Translations under genes and position numbers: made by a program | Assembly (NCBI RefSeq): GCF_000315625.1 | Contig: NW_005434662.1 | Coordinates: 216,307 to 280,306 of the forward strand | From: Guillardia theta CCMP2712 | Taxonomy: Eukaryota > Protista > Cryptophyta | Length of the DNA stretch: 64,000 bases | Direction of reading: 5' to 3' | The notes under the pieces: model-generated | The model's input: only the letters and a program-made list of their open reading frames with translations | Told to the model about the DNA's origin: nothing | Databases searched by the model: none | Shown here: piece after piece, positions 24,558 through 36,401 of the stretch | Numbering within the stretch: position 1 is the first letter of the stretch | How the letters are laid out: each line of letters opens with the position of its first letter

Positions 24558-27500
24558 GGATGAGGGAGAGTTGTGTGCAAGGGGTATAAGAAACATTCTT
24601 CATCCGTTTTCGAATCTTGCGCACGCTAACCCCGTCAAGTGAAAGGATTGATACCAAATTGAGACAAACGACGTCAAGAAAGATGAGCGAAACATCCCAT
24701 TGTACGTGAAGGGAGGCAAGTACAATGCTGCGAGCTAGGAACGATCCCGCGACTGTTCTGGGCGATAGAGAGGTCTGGAGCGAGGAACCTGGGTCACAGG
24801 AACCGCGACCTGAGGAGGTAGTGAGCAAACTCTTTGAGTCAGCGCCTGAGGGTGGTGCAGGAGGGACTGGATGACGTTTTCGATGCGCTGAGGACAAGTA
24901 GATCGGAGGTGGGGGAGGACGAGGATCAATTTGACGAGGGCACACCGCTGGAGGAGGAAGGGATCGCCCTGAGGTAAGCTTGCCTGATGCAATCACAGTC
25001 GAGCTGAATCTGCATCTTCCATGCAAGACGTCTTGTCAGATCGTCTAGTTCTCTCGGATGCAAGACGATATCGTTCAGAGGATCTGTCGTCCTGACTGTC
25101 AACAACATCTCTGGTGCCGGGATGCTGACTTTGCCCCAAGTCTTTCAGCAGTCGGTGACCGTACAAGAGTTGTCCTTGCTATCGGTCTCATGTACCTTGT
25201 AGGGATGGGTTCTTCCGATCTTGACCTTTGGTCTCATCTGTGTTGCATCCTCTCTCGCTGCAACCTTCCTCACCGACTCCATTGCGCGGATTCCGGGCAA
25301 TAGGTAAACATCGTAGACTCTGGTGTTGCTGCGGAGAATTCACACGAGTTTAACAGTCGTTTTGATCGGAGAATCGAGTTCGCTTGCGTGTTTGAGGAGT
25401 TCTTTGGAAAAGTAATAGTCTCTGATTTGACGTACTTCACTGATGGGTTGAACTCAGCGCATGAAGCGAACGGCTCAGATCATGCTGATCATATGCCTCT
25501 TCTCACAGATCTTGTCTGGGATCATTGCAACTTCACAAGTAGTCCTGATGTCTCTCTCAACGTGCTTGTCCATGCTGACCCTCAGCACAAGGTCGTCGAC
25601 AGTCTTGTCGTGTTTGTCAACCCGACCAGGTCGACTTACGCGCTTCAGGTTCATCCCTTTGCTTTTCAAGGTGTAATGAAGCTGACCCCGCAACAGGTCT
25701 TGCCTGAGTTCAAGATACTCAAGTGGACGGCTCCTGATCAGCCGCAAGCCGAATTGTCAAATTTTGCGGGATCGGGATCGACTCCTCCTCCCGTCATCCC
25801 AGTCTGCACAGGGAGCGACGCTGTTCCTTTTCAGCAGGGAGACTCAGGGCTCGTGATCACGCTGGGGTACAAGTCTTGTCCGAAGATGATAGCGTTCTCA
25901 CATGAACGATTTCTAGATATCTCCTCCTGTTCATCTTCCTCACCCCTTTCAGGTGGGTGAAACTGCAGTGTCCTTGAGAAGGCTGACGTGATGCCACAGT
26001 TATCGCACTCTCGATGAGAGTATTGGATCCCAAAAGTTTGCTTTCGTGCTCTTGATCGCGTTTACCATCACATTCATCACTCAGTTTCTCTCGGTGATGA
26101 TTCCTACCTTCGCTTCCGCCCCCTTCTCTCCGCGATGTTGATCCTTCTTGGCAGGAGGGGTTGGTGTTGCGGAGAGTGCCGGCGTTCGGCGACAGCTACA
26201 GGTAGAGTGGATGAGTAGAGGAGAGGCAAGAAACAAGGTGGTAGAGTTTTTTTTGTGACGGGGTATTTGAGTGACAAGTGAGAATTGGAAAGGAAGGAGT
26301 GAGGGGAGAAGGATAGGATGTTGTAAATACAGAGAGAGTGGACAAAGGGATCGAATATGGAAAGTGAAGATGAAGATCGGGAAGAGTACGTCCAATAACT
26401 GCGGCGGGATGTAGGAACATGCTTGGAAGTATCATCTTTAATTACGGGTATGGAAAATGTCCTACTAGAGGCTCGATGATGACGCATTGTCTGCAGATTC
26501 ATCGTGATGGTTCCGTCATGGTTAAATGAGAAGCGGCGCGATGTGAGCTCGCGCAATCTCTCGTATGAGGTGACACGGCGTGTGTTGACTACTTGAAGGT
26601 GTCTGTCAACAAGACTATTTGGACCTCTACCGCACTTTCCACTGTCTTGTACATCATCGTTGGCTTGCTCGGTGGTTTGGCTTATGACCAGGTATCATGT
26701 CTCTTCCATTCGATGATGTCCCCATGCTCGTGACGATGGTCAAGAGTTCCTTGACTGATGGAGGGGTTCACTGCAGATCCAAGGGAACTTCTTGAACTCT
26801 CTTGCATCTCACTGCAACCCCGCATGGGTTAGGCTGGTAAAGATGAAACTTGAAGAGGTTTCTAGTGACCGAGCATGCGACAGTCGTCGTTCATGTTCGC
26901 AATCATCTGCGTTGGACTGAGGTGAACATCACCAACATCACTTCAGAGATCTCACTTGTTTGCAAGTGTACCCATCTACTGCATCATGACCCGGTACAGT
27001 CTTCTCGTCGGAGAGGTAGACTGACAGCGTCGGCGCCCTCGTCGTGCTGACACAGTCAACTCCCTTCCTCCCTCAGATCTGTGGCGAAGGCTGGGCTTTC
27101 TTCTGGACCGTCTTCTTTCCCTGGCTGTTTGCCTGGATGTTCTACAACGGAGGAGCTTTCAACAACGTGACCGGCTCTCCTCCCTCTCGGGCGACAGTCT
27201 TGACGTCTGCATGCAGATCGTCTCTTGGAGCGGACTACTCAACAACGGCCCGATCAACTTCGTCCTGCCCCTCCTAGTATCCCTCAAGGTGATATGCCAC
27301 CAGCTCCGCTTTACTAGATCCACGATCCTGACTCCTGTACCACCGTCCTCCTCCTCTGCTCAGTGGCTGCTGCCTCCTCCTACTCACTCTCCTCCTCCCA
27401 GGCCTTCGACTTCTCCATGCAGGAGATCGCCTCGAGGACGCCGAGCTCCAGGAAGGACGACACGTCGGTGGACACCAACTCCGAGTCATTCTCATGGAGA

Positions 27501-27827
27501 TCCCCCTCCCATTACTTGGAGAGCAGAACAATCGTCAAGCCACTGCCCAAGTGCATGCAGGTCCCTCCGTACCTTGCTGTCCTCAACTTGCCCTCCTCTT
27601 CTCACCTCTGACTCTCGCTTCCCCTCCTTTCCCGCCTAATTCCTGTTCCCCTCCCTCCCCCCACCTTCCTCTCCTCCCTCCCCCCTTCAAGGCCCCTGAC
27701 ACGTCTTCCCTTGCAGCCTGCACACAAGCACATCGTCTACCTCCTCATCTCCGTCCTCATCCTCTTCCAGCTTGCTTCACTCGCTCTTTCCATCCTCTGT
27801 TGGAACACCCTACACGGCGTCTGCTGA
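24558..27827 (+). CDS. Amino acid/auxin permease (Aa_trans, AAAP) family transporter, multi-exon; start approximate
   Basis: Spliced: GSVVLTVNNISGAGMLTLPQVFQQSG|WVLPILTFGLICVASSLAATFLTDSIARIPGN|SRFDRRIEFACVFEEFFGK. Later FIVMVPSWLNEK and IVSWSGLLNNGPINFVLPL. Ends ...WNTLHGVC*. Confidence 0.85.
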
Positions 27828-27921
27828 ACAACTCGGATCCTTCTCCTCTCCTCCCGTCATAGCCCCTTGACCATCTCCAGCTGAGCTTGAGCAAGGCTTG
27901 CAGCTAAAAGACGCCGGCGAA

Positions 27922-30408
27922 CTACTCGATCATCCCGAACCTCTCAGGGGGCCAGAGCCTCAGGAGAGGACGTCCCTTGACCTGCTCTCGATGGTGAGCT
28001 CCAGCAGCAAGGTTGAGGAGAGAGGAGGAGCAGGGAAGACCTTCGAAGCGTCCAGTGGCCCCCAAACTCGCGAGTCAACGGAGACAGCCTGGGAAACGTA
28101 ACGAGGACGAAGACAAGAACGGAGGAGTTCACACCTTGCAGTCTCCAAGGACCAGGAGGGACTTGTCAGGGATTACTCCTTCCTCTGCCAGGCTAGTCAG
28201 GGAGGAGGAGAGGAGGAGAAAGAGGGAAGGAGAAAGTTCTTTCACACACTTGGAAGAATTCTCGAGGAGGTCGCCTCCCCAGTCCTCTTGTCGGGCTCGC
28301 AAAGGTTCTTCCGCTCTGCAAGCAGCGACTCTGAAGATTTTCCGTCCAACAAAACCCTGAAAGTTCAAAGCGCTCTCAGCCTCCAGCCTTCTCTTGCCCC
28401 TCCCATCTTCCTCCTTACAACACATTTCCTCCTTCTCCTTTCCCCCGGACTTCGCCTCCTTCTCACGGTCTTCTCACCTTCCATCCCCCGACACCTTGAA
28501 GCTCTCATGAGGGAGCCCCGCCACTCTCTTCACAAACAAGTCGCCTCCTCGCAGTCTTCCTCCGTTGGATCGAACAATCCTCTGCGAAAACCTCACTCGG
28601 CTTCATCCACAGCACAGGAAACAAACTAAGTCACACTTTCTACCACCCCCCCCCCCATCTCCGCACTGCTCCTGCTCCTTCCCCAGCCGCCTGCACCCGA
28701 CTCTACCGCTTGCTTCACCCCAGCGTCTCGCTTACCTCAAGTTCCTCCGGAGGGGAGAAGAGGATGATCTCGTTCCTCTTGAGTGGCACTCCGAGTCGCG
28801 CTGTCATCTGATCCCCGTCATCCTCAGCAGTGAGCAGCAGGGGCTTCACCTTCTCGACCACCAGCAGATCTCCAGCCATGATCGTCGGCTCCATGCTGCG
28901 TGAAGGGATCTTGTACAGGGAGATGGCCTCTCGGGCTATGAGGCCAGACATGAGCAGACCAAGCGAGGCCTAAGGAGCTAACGGGTGAAAATGCGAGACC
29001 ATTGGGCCATATCATGAGAGAGCAAGAACAAGGATCGAGGGGAGACGAGGATGCGGGGAACTGGGTGAGACATGTACATGCAAAGGGAAAGGGAGAACGA
29101 CGACCAGGTGGTTGCAAGGAGGAACAGGAAGAGAAGGAGGGAGGAGAGAAATCGAGACCATCGTGACGATTATAAGGGTCGCCGTGTTGTACATGGCTTG
29201 TGTCACAGCAACAGGAATTTCTCCCATGCTCACTCGCACAGGCCAACTCCTGTCCAAGTCCTTCCTGACCGCATAGATTGGACGTACCTGCTCGTCTGCT
29301 TACCACCAGCCCCCTCCCAGCCTATCCCCCGTTCCTCCTCCCTTACCTTGAGGATCGGGTTCTTCGACGAGGATGCGCTGAAGATCATTGTACCGTCCTC
29401 CGCGTCTTCCATCCCCATGATGCGGTACTCCAACCCGGGATACACCCCCTTCAAGAACAGCTCGTCCCTCCTCCTCCTCCAGTCTGCTCGCCCGATTCCC
29501 AGGGAAGGAACGAACACCTGCCCGCATCTCAAAGACTTGCGGACATCCTCTGGCCACTCCCAGAAGATCCCATTCCTCCTCCTGAACCCATCGGACGCCC
29601 CAGCTGTGGCGTACAACATCAACAGGCTTCCGACCTTCTTCACCAGGCCCCCGTTGCTCTCATCTCCCTGACTCAACTGCACTCTCCCAAAGTTGGTGAT
29701 GTTCACCATGACAGACAAGACGCCTTCCTCGTCCACGAAGTCGCCAATCCTCTCCTGGGGGAGCACGTGCGCACCCCAGTCGTTTGCCATTCCGCTGGAG
29801 CTGTCGGCAAAATTTTCCCCGCAGAACCTCATCCCGCAGTCGAACGCCACGTCAAATCTCGGGCCAGACGTTTGACGCCCCAAGATGCAGAGGGTGAAGC
29901 AGCAATCCACTCCCTCCTCCTCCTGCGTTGCCTCCGGCAGGTAGCGCAGGTACACTGCGGTCCTCCCCCGCCGGGAGTAAGTCGATCCCATGAAGCTGTT
30001 ATTCTTTCCCCCTGGAACCCACAAGCTGTCTGTCTGCGTTCCTCCTGGATAGAGGACGACCTGCCATGATGTCCCATCCTCCAGCGTGAAGGGTTCAGAG
30101 GACAGAAAGCTAGCGGGCTGGCTAGCTGCTAGGGCTGTAGGGTCACAACCCTTGAAGGTTACTAGATGAGACTGTCTTGCAATGACATGTTTTCCTGCAG
30201 CAACCTCCGTATCTCTTCCTCCTCCCGCTGACATCGCCTTCACTACATGTGGTCGCCTTGCAAGCTGTAACCTGCCAGTGGGAGCGCAAAGTCTGGAGGA
30301 GGCCAAGCGAAGCCCAGGTGAAATCACAGGAGAGAAACTGAATGAAGAGAAGAAGAGTTCGAGGAAGACAAGAAGCTCAAGGGTCGAGGCCGAACTGAAT
30401 CGTATCAT
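27922..30408 (-). CDS. Plastid-targeted signal peptidase I (S26, thylakoidal processing peptidase-like) with N-terminal MATH-like domain
   Basis: Signal+transit peptide (MIRFSSASTLELLVFLELFFSSFSF|SP...). MATH-like SEPFTL..GTSWQVVLYPGG...AVYLRY...DWG. S26 boxes: YKIPSRSMEPT..GDLLVVEKV, FVKRVAGLP, LVLGD..VSVDSRVWGPL, GRPLLRLWPPERFG. Confidence 0.85.
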
Positions 30409-30899
30409 GCTTGCGTTCCTCCCCACTCCGTACCTCCTTTTCCTTGTTACTCGGATCACACCAACCTCCTCGATAGCACTTGGCACGAAGCAAAGCACGC
30501 ACCAACTAGCGGACAAAGAGGCTCCTCTTTTCCTCTGCTATCCTCGATTGCTCTCTTCCTGCCCCTCCTCCTCCCTCTCGGGCTTCATGGCGTTCCAACA
30601 TCCCAGCGCCATTTCTCTTCGTTGCTCTGCATGTCGGGCTGTCCAATCAACTGAGCTGAAGCGTCCGGTCGCCGGGCCCGGGGTCCCGTCAGTTCCCGAT
30701 CCGGCGTGACCACGGCACTGGCCGCGTGACTGGCCGGGCCGCGCAGCCGGCGCCGGGCCGCCGGGGGCACGGAGGCTCCGACCGTGACTCCGATCGGACC
30801 GGACACTGTCACCGTCACGGTCGGCCCGGCCCCGGGACCGTCCTGGGACCGGTAGTCGTGTGACGGCCGTACTCGGGGATCCGCCTGAGCTGCAAGCCG

Positions 30900-31140
30900 C
30901 TCGTTGGAAGGAGGGCCTTCAGTTGGCAGGATTAGGTTTGGTTCTCGCTGTCTTTTCCGAGTTCTCGCCGTTTGGCCTGTGCGACAGTCACTGAGTGTCA
31001 GACGCTCCCATGATTGTATGATAGGGCCCAGATAATATTGCCAAGTTGCGGCCGCACCCGGTAAGGCCCGTAGTGATGCGGGGCCGGGGCCGGGAAACTC
31101 TTTACTCAAAGTTAAGTTAAAAACAGGCCGGGGAGGGCAG
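30900..31140 (-). repeat. Dispersed intergenic element, copy A
   Basis: Reverse complement contains acaatca..ctgacactc..ctgtc..gcacaggccaaacggcgagaa..gacagcgagaaccaaac..aatcctgc, colinear with 50940-51102. Also tttactcaaagttaagttaaaaa at 31101-31123 (+). Confidence 0.8.
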
Positions 31141-31591
31141 TTCATAAGTAAGAGCTCAGTACGCCACTACGGTACGGTACGCCGGTACGGTACGGCGTAG
31201 TCCTCGCAGCCTGGCAGATTGTTTTACAGTTAAGTTACTTATATTAGTCCGACCCGGTAAAAAAAAGGTCAAAACGTTAACTTCAGGGTGGTGATGGATT
31301 TGCGTACAGCCTGAGGAGCAGTAGTGGTAGGAGGGTGTTCGCGAGGGGCGTCCCAGCACAGGAACTGACTGGTATGACAGTTGACAGGATGGGATATGAC
31401 AGGAGATACTAGTGGCCGGAAGAGCTCAGTATGGAAGGATGCAAGGAGGATTACAAGAGAAGTGAGTCAGAGTGCAAGGAAAGCAGGAAGGTGCAGAATC
31501 TTGAAGTAGAAAGCGACGATTACAACATCAGAGGATGAGAGAGGACAATGAAGCAGGGACGTACGACTTTAATTTATCTAGAGTTAGTTGT

Positions 31592-34500
31592 ATGACCGAC
31601 GCAGTCGACAACCAGGGGGAGCAAATGCGGGATTGACCTTTTGATTGGCAGGAGCTGACGGTGCTTTTGAATGTTTGAAGGGGACACGATGGTTCGATAC
31701 ACATTCACATCTACGTTTCTATACCCGGTTATCATTCCGCCACCCTGACAGGTTGCCATCACTTCAAGGAGCTGTTTTGAAGATTGGGCACGCGAGAAAA
31801 AATATAGCGCTAGTCCATTGCACATCGCCTGCAAGTTGTATGCTAGTTGGAAGGCTTTAGCCAGCAGCAGCTCGACGAACTTCCTGTGGACTTTGATCCG
31901 CAAGTTACAATGCCCAAGAATGAGGACAAGCGAATGACGTCGAACAAGAGCCCAGAGATGAGCGATCGCTTTGATTCAGACGATTCAGATGACGGCGATC
32001 TTATTATCAAGGTGAGGGAGAAGCTGAAAGATCACCGCAAGAAGACTGCAGACGATGCGTTCTTTGTCAGTCTGCTCAGCAAGTACAGCGTTGCAGCATC
32101 TCCGTCTAACGAGAGCAATCGCGACCTGCCGTACGTTGTGATGTTGGAATTCGACTTCTGACACGTAGGGTTCAGATTTTGGGGGCCAGGGATCCACTTT
32201 TCGTTCAACCAGATTAGTCGAGAACTTAGAGTATCCGCTGTCCTTGACCCTCCCCATGGACCAGGTAGCCCTCGTTGACCTCCAGTCCCACCTCTCAGAC
32301 CTTCTCAGGTCCCCGCAGCGGCATAGTGAGAGGAGATGTGGTCGTGAGGACCTCGAAGACGAATGTGGATTACTCTCAAGAGCCGAGGACGATTTTTCAA
32401 GAAATGCTGGGAGAGTATGGGACCAAGGTGTGACTTTTGACCTCCTTGGTCTGGAGCTTCTGCTGACTGCTCTGCAAGATCCTGGTCACATTCGTCAGGA
32501 CCAGCAACGTTTCGTACAAGTTTGACGTGCTCCTGACAAGGTCGTACTTCAACGACCAGATAGTCTCCAGCTCCATGTCAAACCACGGAGTGCTCACTAT
32601 TACGTTTGTCACCGGGAGGAATTTTCAGTGGGATGGGCCGTCAGCATGCCGCGTCTGCGCGCTCGATGGGGAGTGTCAGGACCCCCAGACGACGGAGTTT
32701 GCCAGCCATGACGAGGAAGAAAACGCTCGGTGGAACAGCAACGTCTACGTTCCCATCACAGACTTCAAGAGTCAGACCATCACCATCACCGTGTTCTCAA
32801 AGAGCATCGTCAACAGCACGGCAACCTCAGACCAAGCTTCCCTCAAGCTTCGGGTCCCGACTCTCGTCTCAGGGTGGAACGAGACGACGGATCACTGGTT
32901 CAACCTCTATCGGCTGGGTCAGGGTACCGTAGTACCCAGCTTCTCAGGCTTTGCCGATGAAGAGGGAGAGGAAAGTGTGCCGCAGGTAAGGCTGAAACTG
33001 AACTGGACTTCTGTAGCAAATGTGGAAGACCTGAACCTGGCGATTCACAACGCCAAGATCAAGGATAGGACGCGGCTGGAACGAGTGAGAACCTTGAGGG
33101 CTGCAGCTGCAGACTCGAGACGGCTGATGGACAGCACCTTCCTGGGCTCGGTCGATGGACTTGGGGAGGAGATGGAGGTCAATTTCACGAGCATGCGACC
33201 AATCTTCGTCTACTGCAGGCGAGCCAACGTGAAGCAGCTCGCGCAGCTCCTGCATCATGCCCCTTCTAGGATCCTCCACATGCGGGATGAGGCGGGGCAT
33301 ACCCCCCTGCACATCGTCTGCATGAACGAGGATCGTGAAGCCCGCGCCATGGCCAACCTTATTCTCGAGAAGGACAAGAGCGTCGTGCTGGTGACGCAAC
33401 TCCCTTTGTACTTCCGTTCCTCTGACTCCTTCGCGTCCTGCAGCTCAAGGACAACCTGGGCCAGACCCCTCTGCATCTTGGTGCGTTCTTCACCTCTCCT
33501 CCAGCTCCCTCCATTTTGTGACAGACTTGGCAGCTTGTCAAAATGTGGGGCCGGCGACGGAAAGAAGCTCCCAGCTCTCCGACACAGAAGCAGGAAATGT
33601 CCTCCACCTTGTCCGGCTCATCCTCAGTATCAACCCAGAGGCTGTAGCAGTGGAGGACTGCGATGGTCTTCTCCCCCTTGACTTTGCGGTTCACAACCCG
33701 CACAAGGATGCGTACAAGGCTGTGGTGGAGTTGCTGTCCGCAAAGAAGGACCTGAGCTTTGCTGAGGTCAGTCCTCCAGTTTTTGTCGTCCCCCTACTCC
33801 CTTCCCTCCCTTCCCTCCCTTCCATCCCTTCCCTCCCTCACATCCTGCTCCCTTCCCCCCCCCCCCTCCTTTCTCCCCTGCATTTCCTCTTCCCTCCCCC
33901 CCTCCCGTTCTTCTTGTCTTGTCGCCTCGCTCTTGACAGCCTCTACCTTCAGATCCTAACGATTGACCTTCACGCTGTCTGGAGCAAGATGAGCTCCTGG
34001 AACATCTCCACTCTCTTCGGGGGTTTCCAATCCTCCCACCAGCACGCCCTCCTCTGCCACCAACTCCCCGACGGCGTCGAGAGCATTGAGAAAGACTCTC
34101 GCTATGGCAGGCTCGCGAAGTTCGACAGCTCCAACGTCTCGCTCTTCAACACTTCCACCCTCACCCTAGCCATCTGCTTCAACGCCTTTGCTAGTCTCAC
34201 GGTAGACAGGAAGTGCCGCTCGGTCCAGGGGCAGGTCAAGGACCTCCAGGAGGCGACGGAGACGACGGCCAAGGTCATTCGCATCGACCATGACTTCAAC
34301 ATCAGCGACCAGAATCAAGCGGTAGCTCACGCCTTCAGCTCCGGCCTCCTCTCCGAGAACATCTCGACCTCCGTCCTCCTCTCGCTCTCCATGGCCTACC
34401 CCATGCTCCTCCCCAGGATTGACCAGCTCGGAGACGCGCAGACTCCCTCCTTCCACACGTGCGTGACGGACCAACTGGACAAGGACGTGAAGCGGATGAC

Positions 34501-36368
34501 GTACAAGGTCGCCGACGCCCTCGCATCCTTCCAGCGCCTGCCCATCCACATCGCCTGCAGGAACCCCTCGAGCCACGTACACCGCGTCCTTCCCGTCCTG
34601 CTGGAGCACCAGCAGGACGGAGCCTCTGTGCCCAACTGGGACAGGCAGTTGGCACTGCACGACGCGTGCCAGAACGAGGTGGAGTCGGTGGTGGGGGTGG
34701 TGAAGTTTCTCATAGCAAGAAACCCGGAGGCATGCAGGTGGAAGGACGTCAGAGACTGCCTCCCCTCCACTTCGCCGCCGCAAACTCCAACCCCAAGGCC
34801 AAGGAGATAGTGGCGATGCTGCTGGAGCAGTACCCCGAGGGCATCTACGTCACGGACGGGATGAAGATGCGTCCTATCGACTACGCGCTGCGGAGCAAGA
34901 GCAAGAGCGCTGGCAAGGTCGTGAGCCTGCTGCTGGAGGCCGACACGGAGTCGATGTGGAGGCTCAACAAGCACGGGCAGAGCATCCTGCACCAGGCGAT
35001 CATCAGCATCTTTCTGTCCTCGACCAACACGCGCATGCGGCTCTCGAGCGAGAACAGGTCGAAGATGCTCGAGATCTTCTTTGAGTACGACGAGGACTCG
35101 TCCGGTCGCCTCGAGCTCCCCGAGATCATCCAGGCGATCCACCAGCTGGGCCATGACGCGTCCGACGAGCAGATCACGAGGATGGTGCAGGAGGTCGACA
35201 CAGACGGTGAGGGAGGAGCGGAGGAGGAGAGAGTGACCCCTCCTGCCCCTTTGCTCCCGCTCGTCAGCCTTGTCAGCCTTCCTTCTCTCGCCATTTCCTC
35301 TCCCTCGATCTCTTTGCGCTGCTGCCCTTGACACCTCTCTCCTCTCTCCTCTCTCCTCTCCCCCACACCTTTCTCGCTTCTCCTTCCTGACTTCCCACTC
35401 TCCCCTTCTCTGACTTCTTTCTCACTCCCACCTCTCCTCTCCCCCGCCTCTCTGTCCTCCGACCCCACCATCTCCGTCCCTCCTTTCTCTCCTTCCCTCT
35501 CCCCGTTTCTCCAATTCTCACCTCTCCTCCCGTCCTCCTCCCCCACGCACGTCCTCTCCATCACATCTGACTGCTTCTTCAGGCAACCTGGAGCTGGACT
35601 TCCCAGAGTTCATCAACCTTGTGGGGGGGAGGAGAAGGTGACTGGCTGGTACTGACTTGACCTCTAGATTGAAACTTATTTCATCTCCACTCATTCCGAC
35701 GACCCTCTCGAGGTATTCATCGTCAGCTGCTAATGCTCCTCCTCCTCCTCCCCCCCCCCCCCCCCCCCCCTGCCCCTCCTACCCCCTCCTACCTCCTCAT
35801 CCTGATCTTGCCGCCCCTCCCTCCACTTACATCTCTATCCCCTCTCTCCACCTTTCCTCCCTCCCACCTTCTCTCGACCACCTTCTCTCCACGCTCTCTC
35901 GATCTTCTCTCCACCTTCTCTCCATCTTCTCTCCGCCTTGTCCACCTGGTAACTCACGATCATGGCAGGATTCGGAGTTTCAGATGGAGAATTTGTTCAA
36001 GTTGACCGAGAGCATCGGGAATGTTTCTCATCACATTAGCGTCATAGAGGCAATTCTTCATCACAGGTTTCAAGAAATTTTCGTCTTTTCCTTCCTTTCA
36101 TTGCCTCCTCTGTTGAAGACAGATTCTCCTACCCTACCCTGCCCTGCCCTCCCTTGCCTTGTACTGTCCTGACCCTCCTTCTCCAACCTTCCCGCTTCCT
36201 CCTCTTACTTCCTGTGCTCGTCCTCCAGCGCCAAGATCCCTTTCGAGCAACTCCCGGGCTTGATCAAGCCCTACAAACTTGAGCCCAAGTGCAGCCCCCT
36301 CGCTGCCATCCCCGACAATTTTGGGAGGATCCCTCTCTTCTATGCTGCTAGCTCTAGGTTTTCCAGCC

Positions 36369-36401
<33 letters not shown>

